Shown piece by piece: positions 27,890 through 40,069 of a stretch of DNA of 64,000 nt. A model generated the notes under the pieces. It searched no databases. It was not told the origin of the DNA and saw nothing but the letters and a program-made list of their open reading frames with translations. The position numbers and the translations under genes were made by a program. The stretch spans positions 121,522,001 to 121,586,000 of the forward strand of contig CM059431.1 in assembly GCA_030390025.1 (NCBI GenBank). The letters are read 5' to 3'. The DNA is from Squalus acanthias. Its lineage: Eukaryota. Position 1 is the stretch's first letter; each line of letters begins with the position of its first letter.

Positions 27890-29500
27890 TCAGATTTTTG
27901 GACATTTATCCTGCAAGACTGGCCTATCCTCCAATATTCATCCATCCTGGGAACTTGCATGATGGCTGATACCCCCAAAGATGTGACTCGTGACACCCTC
28001 CGCAAACCCACCACACCAGAGCACACATGAATAATCAAGGCCAGGGGACCACCAGGATCATTACTGAGCACACCATTGGGATGCTGAAGCAAAGGTTTAA
28101 GTGCCTTGATAGGACTGTGGGCTCCCTTCAATATGGACCACAAATGATCTTCCACATCATCCTGCTGTGCTGCATGCTGCACAACCTCACATTACAAAGA
28201 GGTAGACTGCAGAGAGTTGATGCCATGTGAGATGACATTACACAGGCTGGAAGTGGACTCAGCCACACATTTTAGCTGTAGTGCTGAAACTCCTTGGCAG
28301 GCCTTCCAATACCTGGTACAACTGTTTGCGTGAGGCTAGTAGTTTTCTTTTCATGGCTGGGCCCCTGAAGTCCTTATCTCTGTCAGCAGAGCTGGGAGAG
28401 GACCTCGCTCTCTGCCGAACTCTGTCCGGAGCTATCCCTCCCACCTGCTACTGCACACGCATGCTCAGTGTTTCACCAAGTGCAGATCCCTCTAACTCAC
28501 TATCTAACCCATGCGTTGGGTCAATGTCTGAGCTGGTGCTTATTAGGGATGGAGCCTGATGGAGCGATTCTGCTCCTCCGATTTCTCTCTTTCACAAGGC
28601 TCTTAAAGGACCTAGAGGAAAGAGAAAAAGGGATAAGAGTTAAGATGGCATGGAGAAAGTGGAGGTGATAGTCTTGAGGATTCAGCTTGAGGTTGAGAAG
28701 CTTGATGCATATTTGCTGAGGTGAATGAAGGGTTACAGGTAAAATGCAGATACCCAGCTCAAATAAGCCGGCAGTCTTGCCTCCCTGATCATTGCTCTGC
28801 CTGGTCCAGTGATCTAAAGGACTTCCTGTTCTACCTGAGGGCGATGATGTTTGCTACTCTTCCACCCGTCTTTTTTCTTCTCTTTCACATTAGGTGCTGT
28901 TTTGTCCTGCAGAAAGAGTGGGAGAGAGGTAGTGAGTGGCTGTTGAAAAGGTAAGTGGCGATGTATGGGACTTGTGCATATAGTGAACGTGTTGAGAGGT
29001 GGAGAAGAAGCTGGATGGAATGAGGATGGGGATTTGTTGAATGTAAATGCAAATATGTGTAATGTGGTGAGGAAGAAATGGTGGGAGAAGTTGATGGTTT
29101 TGTGTGGTAGGATGTGAGAAGAGAATGGTGGTAATGTGTGGCGTGAACAGAGGAAAGGAAGTGGTGAGTGTGTTGGAATGAGAAAGAGGTTTGCGGTAGG
29201 CCTTTGTGATTGTATGCGGAACGATATGATGGAAGGGAGGGAATTATTGAGGGTAGGAGGGAGGGAGTGTTGAAAGTTGCTTCTGAGAGAGATGAAAAGT
29301 TGTACGCACCCTTGCTGCTCTTGTGAGGTAATTGAACTCCTTTCTACATTGAAGTCATGTTCGGGGTGTGATGTTGGTAGCATTGACCCTATCAGACACC
29401 TCTTTCTACTTCCGAACAACTGGAGTTCTGGGGATCTTCCTAAGGGATGTGAGGAAGAGGGCCTCCTCCATGCTCTCTCACTTCCTATATTAGTACCTCC
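27890..29500. mobile_element. Degenerate Harbinger element: transposase 3' end (+, ~27890-28230) and Myb partner remnant (-)
   Basis: TTRIITEHTIGMLKQRFKCLDR..G.LQY.P....IILLCCMLHN. Confidence 0.7.
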
Positions 29501-29702
29501 AAGGACGCATTTGAAAAGTGGGGAGCAGATCTTCTACTCATAACAGCACCAAACAAATCTTTCAGTGTTGGACAATCGGTAATCCAAGCAGGGAATGCAA
29601 CCTTGCTTTAAGAGGTGCATCCCTGCTTTAAGTAGGCTTAGGTAATCAGGTGGAAATCAGGCTGCCTGATTACCAATGCCATAAGGAAGGCAGCCTGTCA
29701 CT

Positions 29703-30300
29703 CAACAACATCAACAACAACTTACATTTATATAGTGCCTTTAACTTAGTAAAACATCCCAAGGCACTTCACAGGAGCATTATCAAACAAAATTTGACAC
29801 CGAGTCATTAGGAGATATTAGGACAGATGACTAAAGGCTTAGTCAAAGAGATAGGTTTTAAGGAGTGTCTTAAAGGAGGAGAGAGAGGTAGAGAGGCAGA
29901 GAAGTTTAGGGAGGTAATTCCACAGCTTAGGTCCTAGGCAGCTGAAAGCACGGAAACCAATGGTGGAGCGATTAAAATAGGTGATGCACAAGAGGCCAGA
30001 ATTGCAGGAGCACAGAGATGTCGGAGGGTTGTAGAGCTGGAGGAGGCTACAGAGATAGGGAGGGGCGAGGTCATGGAGGGATTTGAAAACAAGAATTAGA
30101 ATTTTAAAATTGAGGCATTGCAGGACCGGGAGCCAATGTAGGTCAGCGAGCTCTGGGGTGATGGGTGAATGGGACTTGGTGCAAGTTAGGATACAAACAG
30201 CAGAGTATTAGATGAGCTCAAGTTTCTGGAGGGTGGAAGATGGGAGGCCGGCCAGGAGAGCGTTGGAATAGTCGAGTCTAGAGGCAACAAAGCCATATGA
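29703..30300 (-). mobile_element. L2-type LINE 3' fragment
   Basis: Reverse complement ends in aaaggcactatataaatgtaagttgttgttg, a tail shared with the SINE; upstream ccctaaac..ctctacctctctc..tttaagacactccttaaaacc typical of an L2 3' end. Confidence 0.65.
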
Positions 30301-32969
30301 CTCAAACAGTAATGAGGCCTGGGGTTTAAAATGGCCTGGGCCTCTTGCCAGTGCAGCTGTGTAAGTTTATCACTCGCCCTGCCGTCCAACCCCACACTGC
30401 CCACACTATACTCGTGCTCTGAGTTTCCTACATTACAACAGTGACTATACTTCAAAAGTACTTAATTGGCTTTAAAGCGAGTGAGGTTGTGAAAGGTGCT
30501 ATATAAATGCAAATCCTTCTTTTGCTTTCTTATGATTTCGTAGTTTGCCAAGAGCATACTATCGCGAAAAAGAATAAGTACATGTAATTTAATTTGAATA
30601 GATGAGATCGATATAATGAAATCCATTTTGTAAGCTCTTGAAAGATGAATACATTTTATGTATCGCTTATAACTATTAGTGGAAATAAAATGTTTCATTT
30701 AAATTCATGTAATAAACTCATTCCTGTGGAGAAATGCAACTGAGCCACCAGGTGACACTCTGCAACAGTCCTGCAAACACCACGAACAGAATCGTAACTG
30801 TTCACCTTTCACAAGTTCAAGCAAAAAGATGCAGTACATAGACAGCAACCCACAACCCAACAGGAAAACACAATGCACACGCAATACCTCCTCCTCTCCG
30901 CCACCATCTGTATCCCAGGTGGAGTCCATGTCAAGACAGGCTTGTTAGTAGCTTACACAGGCACTGCTCCGCCACTCTAGGGGGAAGAAATATACACACT
31001 TGAGTAAAATACGTATGCTTGCCTGTGATGGTGAGTTGCATATAATGGTAACAACGCAGCCTAAAACAAAGGATACAGATATAAGCAGCTGGAACCAGGT
31101 GGGACCTTGCAAGCTGTAATTTTAATTTCAACGCTGCCCTGTCATCTTCTATTTGAATGAGGTTTTACCGTATTTTCAATGTTATTTATTTTTTATGAAG
31201 CTTTCAGTCACCTCCGATGAACTGCATTAATCTGATATGTATCTGCCCCATCAAATGGTTTTGGACCCACTAATTCCAGTTTCAATCTGTTGTGCAATCA
31301 TTCATTCTTTCTCAAGAATTGTGTGGCCCTCAAGAAGTAATTATTTACAGATGTGACTTTTACATCTTTTCCACAAACTGGCTCTTAATCATTTTATCTA
31401 CCATGCCACAGATTTGCATGATGTGACTGGTTCTTTCAAGGCTGCTAAACAGTGATCAGCAGACAAACCAATATCTCCGAAATGTACCGTTCAGTCACGG
31501 CATTTATTTTTGGAACAAAGAATGCCTCAAGTGCAGTCACAGCACCTATGCAAGAGTCATTTTATAAAAGTACGGTGTAATAAATGCTTTGACCTCTGTC
31601 CCCAGGCAACGAATTAACAAATGCAGGGGTGGGTGTTCATCTTAATATCTAAGTCAGTTCTAAATGGTTAAGAACTGCTGAAAATTCTGCCCAAAAGCCT
31701 AACTGCAAAAATTGCTGAATTCTTCAGTGTAAGCTCTTAATTATTCATAGCACTCGATGCAGACTCATATGGGTCTCAGGTTGACATGAGTGATGGGAGA
31801 GATAAATTATGTGTAGTTCAAATTTAAAGGTATGTTGACAATTAAAGGGGAGCGTTACAATTGGAAAAACAAAAATTCTGATAGCATTTAGAAAGCATTA
31901 AGAGGCAATCTTTGCCAAGGTTGAAGGAGAAGGGGAAATTGCTGGCAAGAATGGAGGGAAAAGGAATCTACGAATGAGGCTGCAAGCACGTGATGGAGAC
32001 GCACAGTACCTGACCCCATGTTTGGTGACTGCTGAAGCTGAGGTGGCGTTGCATGATGTGGTTCTGAGGAGGCTTGCTCACTGTGCACCACGCCACCAGC
32101 CCCATAGGTCAGCAGTGCAGGATGTCTGCATGGAGCTGTAGCCAGGTTTCAGACTATGGCTGACAGTGTCCCGACATGTGCCAGCCCTCTGCCACAACTT
32201 GTAAGAAGACAGGCTCCCACAGTGAGTGGCATGGAGGTATGCCAGGGCCTGCAACAATTATTGCTGACACCTTGACAACTGCAGCCAATCAACCAAAACT
32301 GGCTCATGATCACTCTGGCAATGCTGTCCTGTTCCTCCTGGCCCACAAAGAACATTAAAAATTAAACATTAAAGAAATATACTTACCTGGAACCCCTGTG
32401 GCCAGGATCCCTGCTGCTGCTAGCTATTGCTGGTGGGTTGAAAACTGTGCGGGTCTTAGTCGGGCCTTCAGTTAAAATGCATGTGCGTCCCAATGACATC
32501 ATTCAGACACAATACTGCCAGTTAAATTAGACCCTGGTCTCCTCTGGGCTGGGTGGCCTACCCATGCTTGAATTCAGGCAAGTAAAAATGGTGGAGTGCC
32601 GGAACACGGCGTGAATCCCTTCGCTCATCCCATCTTAAACCCTCCACTCGCGCTGTTCACGCCGGGCACAGAGGGTTGAAATTGGCCCTCACTTTTTCTG
32701 GGTTTCTGGATGAGCTTGACCTGCAGTATGACTGCCAGTAGCAGAATGGCGCCAGGAATTCAATGACCCTTTTAAAATAATTGAATGAAGCTCCTCCTGT
32801 CTGCTACCAGTGCTCGCCCCAAATCCCATTGGAAAATCGGACAGAGTGAAAACTGCAGGATTCAGATAGAACAAACCTTGGCCTTGTTTCTCAGTTCATT
32901 ATGACCCTTTTGCACAAAAATCAGGGTGTAATGGACACCAAAATTGGGGCCATTGTTTCTCTTCAAGTC

Positions 32970-33400
32970 TTAGCACTCTCGCATTCTAAATCTGAAAGTC
33001 ATGGGTTCAAGCCCCACTTCAGAATTTGAACGCATAATCTCGGCTAATAATCCCGTGCAGTCCTGAGGGAGTGCTGCACTGTCGGAGGTGCTGTCTTTCT
33101 GATAAGATGTTAAACGGAGGTCCCGTCTGCCCTCTTAGTTCGACATAAAAGATTCTTTGGCACTATTCGTAGAAGAGTTCTCTTGGTGTCCTGACCAATA
33201 TTTATCCCCCAACTAACACCACTAATAATGTCATTTTTCACATTGCTGTTTGTGAAAGCTTGCTGTGTGCAAATTCGCTGGGCGTTTCCCTCTATTGGAA
33301 TAGTAACTACTCTTCAAATATAGTTCATTAGGTGTAAAGCACTTTGGGACTTCCTGAGGTCGTGAACGGCTCTACATAAGTGCAAGTTCTTCTTTCTTTT
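32970..33400 (+). mobile_element. tRNA-derived SINE with Deu-like core and L2-like tail
   Basis: B box GGTTCAAGCCC (~33004), core gagggagtgctgcactgtcggaggtgc, tail aaagcactttgggac..cctgaggtcgtgaa; partial tail also at ~30420-30520. Confidence 0.7.
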
Positions 33401-34010
33401 CAACAGGATTTATGTCTCTGTAAACAGACTTTAAGCAATTTTCAAACATTTCCATTCAGCTTTAAATGCATTTTTTGGTTCAATTGGACACACATGAGCA
33501 GAACTAATCTCTGAAATGAATGATGAACCATTCTTGTCATCACAAAGCTGTTCAAAATCTAATGAAAAATAAACTCAAACTACCAAATTAAGGCCCGACA
33601 CAAGAAAGTTTAATATCTGCATCAAATGTTTGATCTCGGAAAAGCTATTAGCCCCAATGTCATTAGCGTTTAGGTATTTGAACAATGTACTACTCTGCTG
33701 TATTATTTGCAAGCACTATTATCCTATGTTATCTAAGTATAAACCTGCCTATCCTGTGATCATCATCATTTACACATGCATTTTTCCAGCAGGGTTCAAA
33801 GGATAGTCATTAGGAGTAGGAAGCTTTACTCATTACCCACACCTTCTCCTAACCCAAACACAGTGAGGCCCACTGTCGCACCCCTACCACTTCAACTACT
33901 TCGATCAGCTGATGCAGATCAAACTGCGGGGGGTGGTGGGGGGTGAAAAATTCTTAATAACAGAAAGCTCTTGTATAACTGGATTAAGAACAATTTGGTC
34001 AACTTGTGAT

Positions 34011-36430
34011 GGGAGGAATTTGAATGAAATCAGTATTTGTAGGGAAATGGTGTTAGGGAAATTGACGGGATTGAAGGCCGATAAATCCCCAGGGCCTGAT
34101 AATCTACATCCTAGGGTACTTAAGGAAGTGGCCCTAGAAATAGTAGATGCATTGCTGGTCATCTTCCAAAATTCTATCGACTCTGGAACAGTTCCCATGG
34201 ATTGCAGGTTAGCTAATGTAACCCCACTATTTAAAAAAGGTGGTCGAGAGAAAACGGGGAATTATAGACCGGTAAGTCTGACATCGGTAGTGGGGAAAAT
34301 GTTAGATAAAAGATGTAATAGCAGAGCACTTGGAAAACAGTGACAGGATCGGACAAAGTCAACATGGATTTACAAAAGGTAAATCATGCTTGACTAATCT
34401 ACTGGAATTTTTTGAGGATGTAACTGGTAGAATAGATAAGGGAGAACCAATGGATATGGTGTATTTGGAATTTCAGAAGGCTTTCGATAAGGTCCCGCAT
34501 AAGAGATTAGTGTGCAAAGTTAAAGCACACGGGATTGGGGGTAAGGTACTGTCTTGGATAGAAAACTGGTTGGCAGACAGGAAGTAAAGAGTTGGAATAA
34601 ACGGGTCTTTTTCCGAGTAGCAGGCAGTGACTAGTGGGGTACCGCAGGGATCGGTGCTAGGACCCCAGCTATTCACAATATATATAAATGATCTAGACGA
34701 GGGAACTAGATGTAACGGCCCAGAAATTCGCGTGTCTGGCTTGCCGCGGGGGTAAGGATCACGCGCGCTCTTACCTACCGCGCCTGCCGTTGTGATTTGG
34801 GCCCACGGGAACTTCGGGTCCTGGGCCTCTCCCAACTGCCGGCATGCAGTGCTTGCGTGTTCCAGGGGCGCAGTTAGTGCGATGCGACCCCTGGGATCAC
34901 GTGGGCCATGGAGAGCCAATGGCAGCAGACCATCTTTCATTCATAGATTTGACAGGAGACCTGTCAAATCTGTGAATTGAAATCGGTCCCAAAAGAACAG
35001 CTAAACTTGAAATAATTTTTTTTAAAAAACCATCACATTTATAAAATAACTATAGTTAAATAAATTAACCACTTTAAACAAAAATTTTAATTTTTGAAAA
35101 AATTAAAATACTTTTTAAAAGTTATAAAAATAAACTTACCTTTCTTTAAAGTATCTAAAAAAGATAAACAAGTTGAAAAAAAAATTAAAATTATACTTAA
35201 TTAACCACTTACCTTGTTCAAAACGTGTGTTGCGCTTCCTTTTCATTAGCGTAGTATCTTCCATACTTAACCTCGCATAGAAACCTGAAAAAAAATCGAA
35301 GTGTGCTGCGTGCGCGCAGCCTCTAGCGCGCACGTGGTTCACCTAGGAACCGCCCCCTTCACCATACCGGAAGTTCCGGTTTCCCGCGCATGCTCAGTGC
35401 ATGCAGGAAACCGGCACTTCGGGAAGCAATACGGGTGAGTACACAGTCCGTACTCACCCGGGAAGGGCCGAATTTTTGGGCCTATATCTCCAAGTTTGCA
35501 GATGACACAAAGCTGGGTGGGCGTGTGTGTTGTGAGGAGGATGCAGAGAAACTCCAGTATGATTTGGACAGGTTGGGTGATTGGGCAAATGCATGGCAAA
35601 TGCAGTATAATGTGGATAAATGCGAGGTTATCCACTTCGGTGGCAAAAACAGGAAGACAGATTATTATCTGAACGGCAATAGATTGGGAAAAGGGGAAGT
35701 GCAATGAGACCTGGGTGTCCTTGTGCACCAGTTGCTGAAGATAAGCATGCAAGTGTAGCTGGCGGTTAAGAAGGCAAATGGTATGTTGGCCTTCATAGCG
35801 AGAGGATTCGAGTACAGGAGCAAGGATGTTTTGCTGCAGTTGTACAGGGCCTTGGTGAGACCACACCTTAAGTATGGCGTGCAATTTTGGTCACCTTATC
35901 TGAGGAAGGATGTTCTTGCCATGGAGAGAGTGCAGCGAAGATTCACCAGACTGATACCTGGGATGGCAGGAATGATGTATGAGGAGAGATTGGGTCGATT
36001 AGGCTTATATTCGCTAGAGTTTAGAAGAATGAGAGGGGATCTCATTGAAACTTATAAAATTCTAACAGGACTAGACGGACTAGATGCAGGAAGGATGTTC
36101 CCGATCGCGGGGGAGTCCAGAACCAGAAGTCACAGTCTAAGGATAAGGGGTAAGCCATTTAGGAAAGAGATGAGGAGGAATTTCTTTACCCAGAGAGTGG
36201 TGAACCTGTGGAATTCTCTACCACACAAGGCAGTTGAGGCCAATTCATTAAATATATTCAAGAAGGAGTTAGATATATTTCTTAAGGCTAAAGGGATCAA
36301 GGGATATGGGGAGAAAGAAGGGACAGGGTACTGTATTTGGATGATCAGCCATGATCTCATTAAATGGCAGAACAGGCTCGAGGGGCCGAATGGCCTACTC
36401 CTGCTCCTATCTTCTATGTTTCTATGTTTC
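34011..36430 (+). mobile_element. 5'-truncated CR1 LINE, close paralogue of 23709-25178, split by a MITE
   Basis: KSPGPD..HPRVLKE, RT motifs, (TTCTATGT)n tail; RT sequence interrupted at 34717-35482. Confidence 0.92.
34717..35482. mobile_element. MITE with AT-rich centre inserted in CR1 RT
   Basis: TIRs ggcccagaaattcg / cgaatttttgggcc; flanks rejoin approximately to the uninterrupted CR1 sequence at 24241-24260. Confidence 0.85.
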
Positions 36431-37128
36431 GATTGCCTAGAACTGGTGTGATTCCCTCATTGCTCAGCAAGGGGCTTGAATACTCACTCTTGAGCCTTTT
36501 ATAGGATGTGGCATCCTAACCTCAAGGATATACTGGAATCTTGTGCCATATCTATTGAGGTCCTGGGCTTCTGCAAAGTATACAAAAGGCACTTTGTGTT
36601 CATCATCAACATGGAAACCTCCAGAGAATCAAACTTGTCCTCACTCTGTCTTTTTTTCAGCAGTCACTTTGTAGGTACTATCAAAATTAGTATTATTCTC
36701 TTTGGTGACACCACACTCTGGAAAATGCTGACTCCCCAACGAAAAGCCAGGCAGTGCCTGAATCATTGCAGGATAACATGGCACCCTCCCAGGCAATTTG
36801 CTTGTGCAGCCATGGAGCAAGGAAATATCACAGACTGTTCGTGTACAATTTCCCTACATGTACGCAAGCTTGACAAATGGAACATTGAAGTCAGCACTGA
36901 AAAAAAGTCAATGGCTTAGAAATTGGATCACGCAGTGCCTGCTTTACAGGTGTAAAACAGGTGCCTAAAGGTCCAATATGGTGGGTGAAGTATGCGCGCT
37001 CATTGTGCACTGGAAGTGATTATTTTCACCTGCACTTTGTTGTTATGCCACCTAATATTTAAAGAAAAAACAACTGTGGGTATGGAAAAATTTGTTCGGG
37101 ATACAAACAGAAACTGCAAATGGTTAAT

Positions 37129-37888
37129 GGGCCGTATTTTCCGATCGGAGGCTTCCCGCGTGCGGAAGCCTCCGATCTGGAAAAACTCTACACACTTACC
37201 TGAGGGCTCATGAGGTGCGTATAGTTCCGATGCTGGGCCTCTCAAACTCCAAGTGCGCAGGGCCTACGTATCCCAGGGACACATGCGGTTCGCAAGCGTC
37301 CCTGGGATCACGTGGGCCATGGGGAGCCAATCAAAGAAGGGAATCTCCCTTCATACACTTGACAGATAAACCTGTCATATATATGAATGGAGATCACCCC
37401 AAAAACACATCAAAACATTAAATACATTTTTTTTCAAATCACATTTTTAAAATTAGTTGTAATTACAATAAATATAATATTTTAAACAAAAATTTAATTT
37501 AAAAAAAAAATAATTAAAGTTTTTTACAGGGCTAAAATTAAACTTACCTTTTTTGAAGTATTTTTAAATGATAAATGACTGAAGAAATTTTTTTTTAAAA
37601 ACTTTTTTTCAACTCTTATCCTGGTAAAAGCAGGCCTTACGCCTGCTTTTATCAGGCGTAAGAATTCTAAAGATTTTCTGTGGGCGGAGGGGCTCCAGAA
37701 AGCGGAACTATCCGCCCGCAGAGTCCCTTCTCTAGGGCAGGCGTCCGATCTGTCAAGAGCATTCTTGACAGATCGGAAATGCCGGTTTTCAGCGCATGCG
37801 CTGTGCATGCCTGAAACCGGCATTTCCGATGTCCCTACGGGTGTGTACACAGCGCATACACACCCGTAGGGATCGGAATATCCGGGCC
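37129..37888. mobile_element. MITE related to 34717-35482
   Basis: TIRs gggccgtattttccgatc / gatcggaatatccgggcc, TSD AAT, shared ccctgggatcacgtgggccatgg block. Confidence 0.82.
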
Positions 37889-37922
37889 AATATATATTAT
37901 GCACTTCAAAGTTCCAAAATAT

Positions 37923-38398
37923 TATTACAAAGTATTTACAGAACAGAAACAGGCCATTCATCCAAACAGGTCCATGCCAATGTTTTTTCTCCACATGAGC
38001 CTCACTCACCCCTCATCTAACCCCATCAACATATCCTTCTATACCTTTCTACCTCAGGTGCTTATCTAGCTATGCCTTGAATGCATCTTTGCTATTCGCC
38101 TCAACTATTCCCTGTGGTACCGAGTTACACATTCTCACCACTCTGTTTCTCCTGAATTCCCTATTGGATTTATCTTATGACTAGTGGCCAGCTTATATTT
38201 ATGGCCCCTAGTTCTAGTCTCGCCCGTAGGTGGAAACATCTTCTCTACGTCTACCCTATCAAACCCTTTCATAATCTTGAAGACCTCTATCAGAGCACCC
38301 CTCAGTCTTCTCTTTTCTAGAGAAAAGAGCCCCAGCCTGTTCAGTCTTTCTTGATAGATATAACCTTTCAGTTTTGGTTTCAATCCAGTAAATCCATG
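37923..38398 (-). mobile_element. CR1 LINE 3' part, target of the provirus; continues at 51183-51819 and 52850-53066
   Basis: YQERLNRLGLFSLEKRRLRG; SKFADDTKL and GVPQGS on the far side of the provirus. Confidence 0.85.
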
Positions 38399-40065
38399 TG
38401 TAGAATTCGCAATATATCGCAATTTTATTAATAAGGAGAAAACACAGAGTTTCGTTCAAACAGCTTTTATTTCAGTAGAATGCTGGCAGGTTTAAAGTGG
38501 ACACAAGCAGCCTGTAAAATGGCCACCGCACCTCGTGACAGAACATTCTAGACTTTTCAACAGGCAGACAAGATGGCGTTCCAATAAACATTTGTGCAAG
38601 ATCGATTAAGATTCAGCACAGTGAAGATAATACACGAGACATTATGGGTTTGCAGTATACACATAGATACTGAAATCGGTCTCCCAGGTACAAAGGAAAG
38701 CCATTGTACCGAGTAATCAAACCCATCCAAAAGACATTAATATGTAAAATCCCAACGACTCTACGATGAGAGAGCCGTTAGCAGGTAGTTATACAGGACA
38801 CTTGGAAGCCCCAAACCCCTCCAGGGAGAACACCGACCGATTTAACAATGGGAGAAATATTAACAGGTACTCAGACATTTACGAGTAGCCCCGAAACCCA
38901 TTAAGAACGGAGATCACCCATACAAGACATTTGAGCGCCAAACCCTAAACAAAAGAATGGACATTATAGTTGGGCGGGAAACGGAAGATTTTGCACTATA
39001 ATTGCAGGCTCCAAACCGTCCATTTTTTCTCTTGCTGCTCTTATCATCGTGGCTGCTCCTGTGCTCTTATCCGGTCGCTTCGTAACCTCGTGGCTGCTCC
39101 TGTGTACTCGTAGTTGGGCTCGCTTCTGCTTGCCTGTTGCCTCTTCTGAAAAGACTGTTGAACTTTCTGATCCGTTCGGATCTACCTCGTGTCGCGTAAC
39201 GAAGACCTATATTGGTAACTGGTATCGGAACCAAAAGGCCCGAGAAGAGATGAGATGAGATGAGATGAGAAGAGAGGAAGACCATATCCATCGCCACAAT
39301 CAGTAAATCCCGACCGCGCCTGTAGGTCGATTATCCAAGTTTTTCCTTGCCAGGAAGACTTCTTCGAACTTATAACGAAACATATTGCATCGATGATAAC
39401 TGGACTGTGCCCAAAGTAACTGGAATGTGAAAGCCACCAATACAGATCTTCATCACAGCAGACGTTCCAGCCTGCTAGCCGGAGCAGCAGAAGCAAGTAA
39501 ACAAGTGGGACCAGGAGATCTCCTGACCGACACGTGGGTGCTGCGGTGAAAAACATCCGATCAGCTATTCGGAATTTCTCCGAGTTATCACGAGTGGTGA
39601 GCATGAGTCTCGAAATCCTACGAATCTAGTTTAGGATAGATATTGATAGGGGAGGGTTTAAGGATTAAGGATATTTGTAATGTGTGCCCCTATTTATTTT
39701 GTGCCGTTCGTTCCTCGTTTCCCTAAGATCGATTATATAACTGTTTGTAAGATTGTACTGTCATTAATCTGTGCTTATGACATGTATTTCATAATCTTAA
39801 GTATCATGCAATAAAGATTTTCCATTTCGTACCATTCAAACCGAGTCTACATGAGTTTCATCTCCATTACTGCTCTCGCATCTAAGTCCAGTGTCTAGAA
39901 CCGTAAGGGAGAGTGATTCGAACCACTCACAGGTGTGTCTAGTGTTCCCAGACTGGCTGGAGACCAGAACAGGCAACAAGGCCTAGACCCGCACTGACAT
40001 ATAGGCTGCACAGAGCCGCGTGAATCTCACAGGCTGCGAGACACGCAGGGTCAGAATCCCTTACA
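38399..40065 (+). repeat. 5' LTR (1667 bp)
   Basis: TGTAGAATTC...CCCTTACA; about a dozen differences from the 3' LTR; GC box ~38972, TATA-like ~38997, AATAAA 39810-39815. Confidence 0.97.
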
Positions 40066-40069
40066 GAAA

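Noticed and set aside
30705..30950. Stretch open on both strands in apparently unique DNA
   Set aside because: No motif, no clear splice sites or start context; compatible with chance
32970..33025. tRNA gene
   Set aside because: Only a B box in a decayed SINE head; no cloverleaf. PBS motifs elsewhere are also not tRNA genes
39182..39604. 140-aa antisense ORF in the LTR as an accessory gene
   Set aside because: An indel shortens it in the 3' LTR, it crosses a GAGAT microsatellite, and it is not evidently preserved in subfamily B LTRs
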